A stretch of DNA of 64,000 nucleotides from Xylographa opegraphella (lineage: Eukaryota): contig JALDZX010000002.1 in assembly GCA_022813865.1 (NCBI GenBank), forward strand, positions 310,001-374,000, given 5' to 3'. Positions within the stretch are counted from its first letter, which is position 1. Every line of letters begins with the position of its first letter. Position numbers and translations under genes: made by a program. The notes beneath the pieces were generated by a model. That model was not told where the DNA came from, ran no database searches, and saw only the letters and a program-made list of their open reading frames with translations. Positions 38,858 to 54,193 of this stretch are shown here, piece by piece.

Positions 38858-40232
38858 TCAAGGCTTCCGTGCTGTGATTATATGCCTATACATCATCAGT
38901 ACGGTTGACGGCGAAAAGTAGCTCTGGCTGCTTCCTCTCGGACGGCCATTATCGCGACTTGGGTAAGTAACCGACAAGGACGAGCAAGCGGAACAAGAGC
39001 GGCATCAAACTCACAAGTTATTATAGACATGGTACTTCTTGTTACATATTGCTGTCTTGACCTCTCCCACCAGCTTTCTGACGTCTTCTGCTGGCCATTG
39101 ATAAACTCTCGTGAATGGGCCGAGACTGATCGCTTCAAGCCCCTCGCACAACCCAAGATTGTACCATCTTCCAATGTCCCTCTCGTGAGGATCCGTGGGC
39201 CAGGAGTTGACAGGAAGACGAATAATTGTCTCCTCGATATCAACGAAACCCTGTATCTGTAACATCTGGCGAGTGGCTGGCAGGTAAGCAATAGGCTTGC
39301 TTCCTCGGAGGGTGGCGTCCTCCAGGTAGTTGTACCATTGCACGATAGGTCTTTCCGGGAGTGTTCCGTCATCGCAACGTGGCCTCAGATCGATCTCCAC
39401 TTGTTCCAGATGGCCAAGTCCCGGTTTCAGGTGTCTGCCCGGATTCGGATTAGACAGTGGGGAAACGTCCAAGCGATACACTTCGACATACCGGAATACC
39501 TTCTCGTACATCTCGGGCCAATGTCCCACTCCTCCATAAGACATGCGAAGGTGAATAAGATCCCATGAATTCTCGCCTAATGACCACATGCTCTCATAAT
39601 CCCTCGGCACACGAAAGCGGAGATTTGGCGGAATACTGGAAACGGTCAGTCGGCTCGGAACCACTCCTTTGCTCCCTTAGCCGCAAACCTTATGGGTTGA
39701 ATGTTTACAAGGTCAATGCCGATGACCTAATTCTACTTCAGCTATCACACACGGGGAGTTGGATCTGAACGTGCGCACTTCGGCGGTTGGGTACCTGCTG
39801 TATGTGACAGATTGTATCAGTATGGCTTCCCCACTCGGTAGGCACAGAATGCTACCAACTCTGCCATGTCTATTGCCCAAATACCCGTGCCGGTACCAAC
39901 ATCTAGGATTCGAATATCAGGGCTTTGCAGAAGGGGTGCCTTGTGCAGCTGTTCGTGGCGGGCAACCAGGAAGAGTTTGTGGTATATGTCCATGCGATCC
40001 ATCTCCGCCTGGTGATTTGTGCCCAGTCAGTAATGTGTTGGCATAGTCCTAGCTCTTGCTCACCTCGTCGCATGGATACATGTAAAGACCCTTGCGGTAC
40101 CCGTGGAACCATCGGCCGTTTTCGTAGTGGTTCTCCTGCTGACTGGGCACGGTCACTCTGTGAGAGGAGTCAGTGGAACACAAGATGAGTGGCGTGTGCT
40201 CTGAGGCAAGGCACGTACCCGTTCGATCCCAT
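38858..40232 (-). CDS. laeA: LaeA/Lae1 SAM-dependent methyltransferase, global regulator of secondary metabolism; multi-exon
   Basis: YENGRWFHGYRKGLYMYPCDE, EMDRMDIYHKLFLVAR, ILDVGTGTGIWAIDMA, SWDLIHLRM, EQVEIDLRPRCDD, GRWYNLGL, HVYNNL|HIITARKP*. Confidence 0.9.
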
Positions 40233-42618
40233 TGCTGCTGTGTAAAATAGAAGGCGAAGTTTCTTTCTCGCAGGAACTTATGTTCGAGAAGAAAAGCAGG
40301 CACCAATTGCCCTCCCAAGCCGATTCAAGCCGCAAACACAAAATGCTAAGATGATTCCCGAGGATGGGAAGACATCTGAGTAGACGCCAAGGTCGAAGAA
40401 GAGGGATGTCGAGCGGTGACACAGACGGAGAATGACGTGGAGACGGATGGGGCACGAAGTCATACAAGAATGACCAGTGGTAATAGAGACCGGAGCAGAG
40501 AGGGGAGGCTTGAACACGACGAGTCCTGAATCACGGTCCGCCCGAAGAAGAAACGCAGAGCCGGTACCGAGTTTGGGGGAAGGGTGGATGAACAGGGGGT
40601 TCCGGCGTGCTGGGACTCGTGCCATAGGTGTGGATGGCTCACTAAGTCCGCCAAAGCACTGGGGGGGGAGGGAAGGCGGAGCCCAGGCCAAGAGAGTTTG
40701 GCCCTCGATATCGGCGCTACCGAGCCCTTTCGTTCACTCTTTCTGCCTCCCACCCTTCTAACCCGGCGGGAGGCCGTCACCTTTAGCCGACCCATCGCGC
40801 ATGCCCTCCATACCGGGCAGCTGCTAACTCTTTAGCCCCGAACGGCGTCCCTGTTCGGCGGGCTAAGCTCCCGATCAATCCCTGCCCCGGGAGGGAGAAG
40901 CACTGTGTCCTGCCTGAGCCCTGGGGGCCACGGCCAGAAACAAGGCGAGGCCGTAATTACTGATGACGGCGGCCGGGGGCGGATGTCTGAAGGTGGAGGA
41001 GATGACGGAGCGTGGATGAAGACTATACAGTGATGGCTTTTCCCCCTGTCATGGGACGGGTTCTGCGTCTCTTCGATTTCAGGCTCTCCAAGGGCCAAGG
41101 CACAACTGGCGGCAATCGAGTCTAAAGTTTGTGGTATTGGCATGTACGAAGTAATGGTAGAAAGCATATCGCACCAGGGATTTGGAGCTATAGGGCAATA
41201 GATCTGCAGAGATGGAAGGGGACACGCGATCTTCGAGCTTGCGGGTCTAATGCTAATGGAAGCTACGCACTCGAGCTGCCGCTTGAGTGCCAAAGCCTGG
41301 GGATGGGTGCAGAGCGTGCTATGCACATGTGCTGCAGGTTATGTAGAAAGGGATGGCGTTGGGTATGCACCTGTCGTTAATAAATTGGATAGTTTGCTCA
41401 AAGAGTCAATATACGACTCTGTCGTATTTGCTTATCACCAACTATCCCCGAAGGAGCTGTCCTCTCTCTTCAGAGCTTCCGTCCCTTCCTTCTGGCTGCC
41501 GCGCCGTACCCACAACAACTCGCTGCATGGTTGTGAATCCTCTGGTGTGGTGGGAGGCGGAGGTTGCAAATAAGATTTCAGGTGGCTTGTGGGCTGTGGG
41601 TTGCACTGGGGGTGGTGTCAGACGCGGGAAAAGATTCCTCTCGCTCCCTGCCGTCTGCACAGAACGTTTTGTGATTGGAGACATCTAGGAGCCCTCCGAA
41701 AAATGTGTGCCAGCCCATCCGGGTCCTCGGGCTCCGAATGAATGCGACCATATCATTCCATCACCATTCCCTTTGGGGAAGCTTTTCAACCTCTCCCGAC
41801 AATCTGGTCCAGAGGCTTGCCCGGGGACAAGCCAGGATTATAGTACCGAAATATCAGGAGTATGGGAATACGTTGTGGGTCCTCAAAGAGGTCTGGCTCC
41901 CTTAGTGCTCTCATCCACCCAACCTGACGGAACGCAGTGGCCACTGGACTTACTCATCTGAACGAGGACGTGGCGGTGAGAATTAAGTCGTCGTGCAGCA
42001 GAGCGTTCGCACGTACCATCACTTTGCTCATTGGTTCATTGGTCTGGCTCCAAACCATGAAGGCCCGGATGGTGTTGAGCTAAACTTGGGTATCCTGTTC
42101 TAGTCATCCTTGGAGCCTTTGGGATGCATGTCAGGTGAACGCAGTAAGCGCCATTTAATCTGAGCTCGGCGTGCAAGGCGCAAACAGCATGGGGAGGTGA
42201 TTCACTCCTGGGGGCCAGAGTGAGGCGCCGATCTTTTGTAAAAATGTCGGAGCTGAGCATCGGGCATGTAGGAAGCACGCCGCCAGGACAGGGCCAGCCT
42301 TGCTTGCAGTGTGTGCTTGCAGTGTGAGGACCTCAAGTGTTGTACTTTTGGTTCTATGAGCAAGGGATTGCGAAAATTAGATGACTACGAGGCACTCACA
42401 CCAAAAGTCCGATGGGGACCGTTTTGGTCGTCCCCGCTAGAAAAGACCTCGAAAGAGACGCTTAGGGGGTCTTGGTCCTGCAGCTCTCTTCGGGTCACCA
42501 ATAAGCAACTCCTCCGTAATATGTAACATGCGATGCGAGGTTGACCGTAAAAGGTCTTCAAAGTCCGTGCATAACGGTTCTGCATTGCAGTAGGGAAGCG
42601 AAAGTCCGATCTTGGCTG

Positions 42619-43964
42619 ATGGATTCAATCATCTTGGCTCGTCCGTTTGCCAGCTCGTCGCTTTCCTTACCAATAAATTCGTACATCTATTGCATTAAGG
42701 CTGTAGGCCGTAGTCTTGCCGCAATATCGACGGATGATTCGCTGAGACTGTTCGATGCGGTAACGCTGCAAGTCAGCACCGATCGTGTCTTTGGAAATGC
42801 ACATACAGGGGTTGTTTGTCTGGAGGATGCAGGCATTGGGGTTGAGTCGGTCGTTACCGCTGGAAGAGATGGTTATGTTCGATGCTGGGATCTCCGGAGT
42901 GGAAAGAAGACTGTGGAGCTGAGAGATGGTAGGTGTACTTTGCTGTCCAGCGCTGTGGCCTTTGAATCCTAATGAAGTCGAGCAGAAAGGTCGAGCCCGT
43001 TTCTGTCTCTCGCTATTGCACCTGGTGGAACCGCAGTAGCAGCTGGGACCGAGCTCACCCATGCGCAAGCGACAGTACAGATCTGGTACGTAGTACCAAT
43101 CGTGTCCATGCGCAACATGGCTCTCCATCCGCCGGATTCCATCCTTTGCTAATGGTCGACCTGATAGGGACTTGAGGTCGCCTCATTCAACGCTGGCCAG
43201 ATACGTCGAATGCCACAATGACGATGTGACCGAGGTACAGCCCTTTGACTATAAGAATCCACCACGTGTACTGAATCTAGACTCCAAGCTGTGTTACCAT
43301 CCCAGCAGAGCCTCTTCTCTGCTCTCAGGCAGCACCGATGGACTTGTCAACCTTTACGACACAACCATAGCCGACGAAGACGACAGCCTCATTGAAGTCT
43401 TCAACCACGAGGCTTCCATCCATCACGCGGGTTTCCTGACAGACGCAGACATTTACGCATTAAGCCACGATGAGCAACTGTCAATCTACCGCCTGACTAC
43501 GCCGGACGAAGAGGAGGCTTCCAACGACGAACCATATCCCATTGTCTATGGTGACATGCGCCCCCGACTAAGTTGTGAGTACATTGTTAATATTGCTACC
43601 GATGCTGGCACCGCGATTATCGCTGCTGGGTCACATAGCACTTCTGCACTGGACTTGATCCCTTTACATCATACAGTAGGCTGGCAAATGGATATGTCAA
43701 GAGCGATACGACTTTTGGCAGCACACGATGGTGAGATTATACGGACTGTTTACATAGACGGCCAGGTAAGCAATAAAAGTCCTCTTCCAGCAGCCCCTAG
43801 CCTGACGATATTAGTCTAGTACAATATATACTGGCGGGGAAGACGGAGTTGTCAATGCCTGGAGGCCGGACGACACAGCGAATAGTTCTGCTCACTTCGG
43901 GCCCACAAGAACCAAGCGTAAAAGAGATAGTCTCACAGATGAAAAGCGTCGAAAGCCATATTAA
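42619..43964 (+). CDS. WD40-repeat protein (WDR89-like), multi-exon
   Basis: LAAISTDDSLRLFD, TAGRDGYVRCWDLR, YVECHNDDVTE, LLSGSTDGLVNLYD, YALSHDE, YTGGEDGVVNAW, ends RRKPY*. Confidence 0.88.
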
Positions 43965-44512
43965 ACTCTATTGCTGGGGACATAGAAAGAAGAATTATGA
44001 AATGAATCATATTTATTAGTGTCACGTGCACAAATGCAGCCTCGTGATTTAAGGTAAATAACAAGAACACTGGTCTGCCATTCTATCACTACCCAGTCAT
44101 GATGTCTTGTAGGTGTTACCATCCCGTTATTCCAGAAGAGGGACAGCGCGTGCCGCCCAGCAATCAAGGCCGGCCATATAGAGAGCCCTGTTCGCGCTTG
44201 AGTCCATCGTGGCTGCCTGAGCGCAATGAGAAATGTAAATCATGCGCTTAACAAAAGTCTTAACAAAAGATCACGACGCTGCTCACAGTCGGGGACCAAA
44301 CATGATTGCGCCGCTGACGTAGAAGACCCAGCACTCTGAAGGCTGAAATCAAATCGTCCATCCCCGAGGTGTACCCAGATATCATAAGGAGAACACATCT
44401 CCTAGCATGGAATACTGGTAATGAAAAGTGCATAAAGCTGGTAATGTATGCTAGTTCGCTTGACCAATACTCACTTAAAAGTCGCGGAAAGCAGGATCTG
44501 TGAGAGCCGTGC

Positions 44513-46414
44513 TCACCATTCGAACTCGCCAGTGGCTTTGTGGAAAACATATCTAGTCAAAGTGTCAGCGAAAGCTCTGGTTTGACAGCAGCACATCGAT
44601 GCTACAACATACTCTTTGCCTCCTGTAGTCAGAACCCCATCCTTCAAAGTGCACTTCCACTTGTTTTTCACCCGCTGCACCTTATCATAGGTACAGAGCA
44701 TGACCTCCCCCTGATTCCCTTCCTCTTCTGTCTCGTCTGGCACATTGTCGTCTGGATCGTCCAGGTCAGAATTGATGGCATCTTCATCGTCGATATCTGG
44801 GTCATCTTTGATCCCTGCCTTATCGTCATCATCATCTGAGTCATTACGCCCGTCTAGTTGGGCAATGCTTCGAGAAGCAGAATTTGAGGGTGGCACTTTG
44901 CGCTTTCGCGTTACCGGCTGGTTAGTGTTTTCACTCAAAGGTAGCATAAGACCTCCACCTTCCATCTCTCGACTCATTTGCTCGACTTGCTGACGAATTG
45001 TGATGTCCGCATCATATGTACGAGTGTTTACATGCTGTGCACGAGCACGTCTTTCCACAACCATAGCATCCCAGTCACATCCCCCATCTGTTTGTCCATT
45101 CTTGATAGCTGCGATTCGTTGCTGGGCTAGTTGAGCTTGCTGGAATTGCTGGGCTTGCTGAGCTTGCTGGGCGTGCTGGGCTTGCTGAGCTTGCTGGGCT
45201 TGCTGGGCTTGCGGAGCGTGCTGGCCTTGCTGGGTTTGCTGGGCGTGCTGGGCGTGCTGGGCGTGCTGGGCTTGCTGGATTTGCTGAGCTTGTTGAGCTT
45301 GTTGAGCTTGTTGAGCTTGCTGGGCCTGCTGGGCTTGCTGAAGATGTTGTATGTTTTGATAGTTTTGGCGTTGTTGCTGTTGTACGTATGCTCTGCGCCG
45401 CTGATCCATATCTCTCTGCTGTTCTGCTGTCACAGGGACAGGAGCCTGCTGGCTAGCAGAGCGAGCTCCGGCTTGAGCTTGAGCTGCGGCGGCAGCGCGA
45501 GCCTGCAGTTGGTTGACCTGAACACTTGCAGAATCACCAAACTTTGCCTGAAGATTCTGTCCAGCACGTTGCAATGCAGCCTGAGTACTATAAGTAACTG
45601 GACTACCATTATTAGGGTGTAGGTTCTGCAGATCATAGCTGGTGTCAGGTTCAGCCTTTATTTGAACTCCAGTAGATCCAGCGTTCGAAGTTGATGTGGA
45701 CGAAGCAGCTGCAGCACTAGTCAAGGGTTGCGGTTGAGGTCGAGCTGAGTTGGAGGAGAGCGTGGACAGGTTCGGTAGCACTGGAGGCGCAGGCTCCCAT
45801 GGCATGGAAGCACACTGTCGCCCTGAGAGGTGTTTCTGCCATGTCTAATGATGTATGTCAGTATCATTGCTTCACGTAATTTGCGCTGGTGAAAGCGCTT
45901 AGAAGAGTGCTTTCTGCGCTGCCTCGGTTCTCTTGCCGAATTCATACAAGCGCAAACGCCAAGGCGTACCCCTGGTTGTGCGCAATAAAATGAGTCAAAG
46001 AGGTGCCTGCCCCCCCAAGATTCTGAAAATCCCGCTTCTGCCCACCAAGATGCAGAAATTGTGCTCCTGGTCGGAATGCAGGCAAGATGGACCAACAACC
46101 AAATCGGCACAACAGAGCTGTTTGCACGCTTCCGAAAGCTCTCAAACATCGAAAGGAGATGAATGACACAGAGATGGATCGATCGCAAGAGCAGGAATAC
46201 TAAGACTGAGCGTGCCCACCTTTCTCAGCTCTTCTAGAGCGGCTGGCTCAACACCTTCTTCCTCGAATGCGACATGACAGTTTTCGATCACCTCCTCGAT
46301 AATCTTGTTGTATACGTTACCCTGGGATTGACGAAAGTGTCAGCTTCTGGCTCCTATGTCACTGTTCTGTCAATGACAGTCAAGGGACGCCCTCACCACT
46401 TGTGTGTTGGACAT
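44513..46414 (-). CDS. TOA1: Transcription factor IIA large (alpha/beta) subunit; 3 introns
   Basis: MSNTQV|GNVYNKIIEEVIE...LEELRK|TWQKHLS...PW; DAINSDLDDPDD; MLCTYDKVQRVKNKWKCTLKDG; YVFHKATGEFEW*; QTDG/QLDG motifs. Confidence 0.95.
45120..45340 (-). repeat. 9-bp coding tandem repeat encoding (QQA/QHA)n in the TFIIA spacer
   Basis: cagcaagcc/cagcacgcc/caacaagct units, roughly 24 imperfect copies. Confidence 0.9.
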
Positions 46415-46997
46415 CTTAAACGCTTGGGGATATCCTCAGTATTGTTGGAGTGCTTGCCGGCAAATGAGTTGATGTTGGGATGCTTGATACTGATGCCGAC
46501 ACTGCTGGTTTCTTGACGGCTTGAAAGACAAGGAGTGTTTCGTTCCCTGTCGGTGCTGATAAGCTGCTATGGCAGAAACCTGCCCAATCATGCCACCAAA
46601 AGATGACCGCAAGCTCAGAATGGTCTCATCGAGTTCTGAATATGGTCCTGATTCCTCCTATACCGTCGTTGACTGTTACAACGGGTTTTAGATGTTATCC
46701 TTGTTGCACATGCTTTGATGTTGCGAATGTTAAGTTCGCTTTTGCTCAAGACGCTTTGAGGCCGCGTTGCTTACTAATACGGCTCACTTCTGCATTCACC
46801 ACAACAAGGGATATTTTATAAAGGTTGGGCACATCCGACTCTCGTGGTGAACTGTACCAAAACTTTCTCATGTGTTTGCAAGCCGAGATTTATACTTGCT
46901 AAAATATCGGTTTCGCTGGAAACTAAACAAACCCCAACGCCCATCGCTGTGCAAAGCCCCAAGCCAGGTCATTGGATACTTGCAAAATGAATCGAGA

Positions 46998-48898
46998 TCA
47001 TCGAATTGTCATTTGTTTGACCATTTCTCCTCCCTTGCCAGTCACCCCTCCTTCTCTTGTGCTTGCTGAGACCGATCCAGCCTTCTTCTCAAAGATCTTC
47101 CAGAACTTGAGGCTCTCGTCGGCAGCTATATCATGTCAGCACTGCTAGCCTAGTCATAACTATTCCTTTCAATCATCGTACCTGCTGTAGCTAGCATTTG
47201 TCCATCTGGGCTCAGACAGCTGTGGAGCACCCGTGTTTCGTGCGCCGGGATTTCGACGTTACGTACAAGCGTTGGATAGCTCCAGATGCTGAGTGAATTG
47301 TCCGGAAAGCCACTGGAGCTGACAATCTCGCGGTAGTGGTTGCTCCAACGTAAGCTTGTGACTTGAGAGCCAGTGTCGATACTGTTGGTTCGTGCTCCGG
47401 TTGTGGTGTTCCAGAAATGAATGTGACGATCATAGGATCCACCTCCTGTTGCCAGAAGATTCAGCTGCCACGGGCACCAACTGAGAGCCTTTACAGCTGC
47501 GCGGTGGTTTGTCTTTTGGAATTTGGGCGCGTTGAGGGACCGTGCATCCCATATCGTCACAAGGTTGTCATTACCTCCGGTTGCCAGCTGTGCTCCGTCC
47601 GATCTCCACTCCAAACCACACACTTCCGCAGTGTGCGAAACAAGTTCCGCAACTTTGTGTTCAGCAACACGGACATCGTGATTGTAGACAAGGCCACTTC
47701 GAGCACCAGTAGAGAGAATGTGCTTGTTCCAGCCCATGACTCCAACACGAGTTTCGTGGCCGTGCATGCTTCTGAGCTTAGTCCCCTCTTCTACATCCCA
47801 AATCTGCACTTCACCTGAGCCAAGACCAACACCAACATACGCACCGTCTCCACTCCATTTGACACTGCTGATATATGTATCTGGCGATGTTTCGAACAGA
47901 CAGTTGACACTACCCGACTCTGCGGACCAAACGTAGACACTCCGCTCGAGACCTATCGCGACTTGGTTGCCGGAGCTCCAATCTAGAAGATTAAGGTAGT
48001 AGTCGTCGACTAGGCCCGGAGCATCTAAAACACGTTCTGGGGCCGTCAATACTCTTCGTCGGAATTGTGCAGAAGCAGTACTTGTCGCCTTGAGAGGACG
48101 GTTGTACTGAGTGCGCAGATCAACTGGTTTTCGTGACTCAGGTGGTGCAGGCTTGAACGCTAGGATCCGAGTATTTAGAGAAACACCGCAAGCGGAAGCG
48201 AGCGATGACTCGTACGCCAATGATTCCGGAGCTGGCTTGGTATATGTGCTTTTCTCATCGTCATCTCCTAGATCTAAGCCCTCAAGAGCAGCGATAGCGT
48301 CATCCTCAGCATGGAGGCCACCAAGGTCAAACGCACTTGCAGCGTTGGCAAGCACGGTTGAGCCTTCACTTCCACTAGTCTTAGACCTGGAACAATCGTC
48401 CTCGAGCTTGCCAGAACCTACAGTGGTAAGGCCTTCACTAGCAGTTCGATTGGGGATGAATCGATCGCCAGCGTCTATACGGATGGTAGTCTTGGCTGAT
48501 CTCGAGCGTAGAAGAGCGTCTTTCCTTACTCTAGTCTTAGATGGGGTTTGGCCACTTGTAGTACCGGTCCCTGTAAGAGCCCAGTCGGACACACCAAGCT
48601 CGAGATGTCTTGGAGAGTTCTTAGCTTTTGCAATGTTGGACTTTGGCGAGTCTCGATGTGTTCTTGAAGTGGACCTGGCAAAGTATGACGATACATTGAA
48701 CGATTGCGAGGGAACACGGCTACCATCAATGACCTGGCATGGTGGAGTGAATGGTGATGAGTGATTTGAGATGTTGGTTGCAAGGCTTACTGTTCGTGTC
48801 CTGGGCGAAGGTGTAAGAGGCATACGACCACCTGCCGTTCGTGTCGAGAAGATGCCATGATGGCTTTTGAGCGGGGTTGAAATAGAGGCTGCTGCCAT
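46998..48898 (-). CDS. CDC20: APC/C activator Cdc20/Slp1 (WD40); 1 intron near the 3' end
   Basis: C-box DRFIPNR, RILAFK, ERVLDAPGLVDDYYLNLLDWS, WD40 repeats, last exon AADESLKFWKIF...MTIR* (IR tail). Confidence 0.96.
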
Positions 48899-49589
48899 TG
48901 CGTATTATATTGGATCGACAGGACAAATTAATGTGTCGATCAGTTCCTGTAGAAGACGTACAGTCTTCGGGTTAGTAAGTGTCGATTAACCAACGACAGT
49001 ATCGATGGTTGCCGGTATTGAACGAGCTCCCAAGAGTCTCAATCTAATGGATCCTGGGTAAGTTAGTAGTTGAAGAGTTGATGCCGGACGTAGTTGGGTT
49101 AATCAGTGCTTTCTCGTAGAGATGCTCTAACAATCGGTGGGTCGATCGATACAAACTTGTGATACAGAGTATGTATACGAGCTGATATGATCTAATGGAT
49201 TGATAAAGTATTCGTACAGAGAATAATTGGAGGGCTGCAATGAATGCAAGGAGAATGGAGAGGAATTAGGGTGTGCGGATTGAAGAGTCTGAAGACGAGA
49301 GGAACTTTCTTCATTGTTTTGAGCTCAAGCCTTGGCACGTTCTGACGGGGCAACCATATTGACACGCTAGAAGTAATTAGGCGTAGCTTAGCTTCGATAC
49401 TTCCCGAGATGAAATTCCATTGTTCGTAATAGTACAGTATTCTCGCTGAACGAGCTTCATGATTGTATCATCCACCCAGCGCGCGAAGAAACCAGTATGA
49501 GCTCATTAATATGAGCTGATCTGTTTGTACTGCTATCAGACGACTCACCTGAACTAGTCGAAGTGGTTACCATCACCCTGTGAACAACG

Positions 49590-51953
49590 ATGGTACCTCA
49601 GCCTCAAACGCCGATGGCCGGCACCTCACTTCTGGGATTACAGGGGAGCGGCGCTACTTGGCATGTATCTGGGAGTGGTACTCGATCTTCATTCTCCGGC
49701 TCATCGTCAAACAATACATATCTACTTCCCACAAGCCCGATGAAAGGCCGTAGGCTCGGTAATGATAATTACAAGCCAAAGGTTCTCCATACGTGCGGAG
49801 CGAGGCCGGCTTGTCTTGTGAATGCTTCTATGACATACTGTGGAAATAATCAGATATATGCATTTGGAGGTTTTGATAGGGACACCGATGAAGGTATTGT
49901 GGTCTGATTGGTTGGCATATGGCTTAGTCACTTTTAAGAATCTAATTTCTCGAGCTAGTCTACAACCATGTACTGAAGCTTGATCTTGGTTCGCTGCAGT
50001 GGACTTTGGTGGACAACTATGGCGACATCCCTGGTGTTCGAATGGGTGAGATACTCGGCACGATTTTGTCTGCGAAGTGCTGATGATTATGTAGGTCATA
50101 CTGCGTGTCTATGGCAAGGCGACAAATTACTTATTCATGGAGGCGAGAACGAGCATAGAGAGTACTTATCGGATGTGATTATTTTTGACTTGAAAACCGC
50201 TCATTGGACCTCGCCCGACATTCGTGGACCTATTCCCAGAGGCAGGGCACGTCACGCTGCTACCGTTTATGACGAGAAGTTGTTCATTCTGGGCGGTTTA
50301 ACTGGGGCAGAAAATTATGCATTGGACGAAATATGCTATCTCGACCTCAGAACTTGGACGTGGTCCAGATCCTGGAGTTTTGTTGGCCGTTTCGACCATT
50401 CCGCTTGGGTTTGGGGTGGCCGCCTCTGGGTTTTTGGAGGCCTTGGCCCAGACATGGAGAGAACTGGCGAGCTCTGGTGGCTCGATCTGAAGAGTAGCCC
50501 GGCCTTCAAGACAACACCGGAGTACGGTCCTCTATCACCACAGATTAATAATAGAGTCACCCCAAGCCCTCGATCTGCTTTCGCTCAGTTCAACCAGCCA
50601 CAACCAATGGTCACCGGATCTACCGGCTATACTGCAAATTCCAGCAGCATTCAAGTGCGAACTGCGGCAATGGCGCCAAGACCCATTGCACCTGGAGCTA
50701 TCGCCTCTATGCGTTTCATTTCAGGCCCTAATGTGCCTTCACAATCTCTAGGGACACATTTTCATGTTTACTCTTCTGGTGCGTTGTTGGATTTTGTGAC
50801 TCCTGCCGATACTATTCGTCCATCAGAGTGTAATCTTTCAGCTCTTGAGCTTGATCCTTTACAATGGCAAAGGCTCGCGGAAGGTTCCGAGATATTCGAT
50901 CCAGGGTATCGCTGGCACTACTGCGCTATCAATGAAGACGGCACCAAGGCATGGCTTCTAGGATGTGCGAACGACACGCCGGAAAATGGTGCTGGTGTAT
51001 TCGAAGAATATCTCAGCGATGTTCTTCCGCTGGATCTGCGTCGGTTTGGCCTTTTAGGTAATGACTTAACACCCGAACCGTATGTCGATCAAGGCAAGTT
51101 GCCTGCATCTGATAGGCATGCCTCCTCAAACCTTAATGGCCTCGGCGCAGATCTAGCGATCATGTTTGACAAATCCCCAGACTCAGGAAGCGGAAGTGAT
51201 TTTACAGTTACTGCAGAGAGAGACGATGAAGTAGATAACGACACCCTGGTGACGACCTCATCACTTACAGTAAATGAAGCACACCAGTTTCTCCCACCTG
51301 ATGCCTCGACATCTGCACCAATTTTTGTGCATAAGCTCATTCTACAGGCGCGGTGGCCACATTTCACCAGAGTCTACGCAGCACAAATGGCAGAATTTCA
51401 TACCAAGAAGATGCACATCCCCGAGCCATACACCGTCGTCCGTGCGTTTCTATATTACCTCTATACCGATAGCATCGCTAGACATCCGGAGTTTTGCCCC
51501 AGCCTCGCTGAAGTTGCTGGCTTACTCGTCATGTCTAATATCTACGACATGCCACGACTACGTCTTCTTTGCATACATCGACTAAGTCGAGAGGTGGATG
51601 TTGAGACAGCTGCGGTGGTTTGGGATCGTGCAGGTGTAGCAGGTGAAGAATGGTTACGCCGGCGCGCTGCCAGTTTCTGCCTTACTCATTGGGGTCGTCT
51701 TGTGAGAACTGAGGGGTTTAGGAGGTTAAGTCGGCAAAGCATGATGGAACTCTGCGAAGTCATCGACGTGGAAGGACGGGTGGTCGGTGGTGAAGAGCTG
51801 GAAGTTGTTGGCGGCCTAGGAGGTGGAAAGTTTGGGTTTGGTGGGTCCGGGAGGATCATAGCGAAAATTCGTACGTCCACTCCTGGAGCGCAGCTCGGTG
51901 AAGAAATGGAAGATATCGAGAGTGTCGAAGACGAAGGAATGGAGATGAATTGA
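49590..51953 (+). CDS. Kelch-repeat plus BTB/POZ protein, Ral2-like; 2 introns
   Basis: RPACLVNASMTY...IYAFGGFD..TDEVYNHV, PGVRMGHTA, RGRARHAA kelch repeats; IFVHKLILQARWPHF, VRAFLYYLYTD BTB. Confidence 0.9.
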
Positions 51954-52460
51954 AAGGGTTTCTACTACTCTCGAGGCGTTCGGCATAACAAGGGGGCATA
52001 CCTACCTATCTTTCTCTTATATTTTGGCAAGCGACTGCATGGCATTGGCGTTTTGCAACACAGCAGGCTAAACATCGGGGAGCTGCCAATCCGCATTTGT
52101 ACCCAGTATTTTGACATCATCTAGGACCTAGCTAGGGCCTTGTTCTAATCCAATTATGTTCGATTTATTGAGCCTTTTACCCCGTACGAATTGCGAGGGT
52201 GAAGTCCAAGACGGCTGAACATCCCGTCCTTCCGGGACCCGTCTCGTGCCCTCAGCCCACCATGAATCTGCCCCGCCATTACTCCCCACCATTTCCTTCC
52301 TTTCAATGGATGAATGATACAATGGCGCCAAGTGTACGTGGGACATCCGTAAGAGCCATGGACCGAAGACGCTATAACCACAAGGTGTCCCGTAGGCTGG
52401 CAGACCTTCCTTCTTCTACTTCTCTCCTTACTGCCGACTCTCCACAAACAAAACAGCACT

Positions 52461-54193
<1,733 letters not shown>

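Noticed and set aside
45131..45622. Leu-rich plus-strand ORF resembling a membrane protein
   Set aside because: Antisense shadow of the TFIIA QQA repeat.
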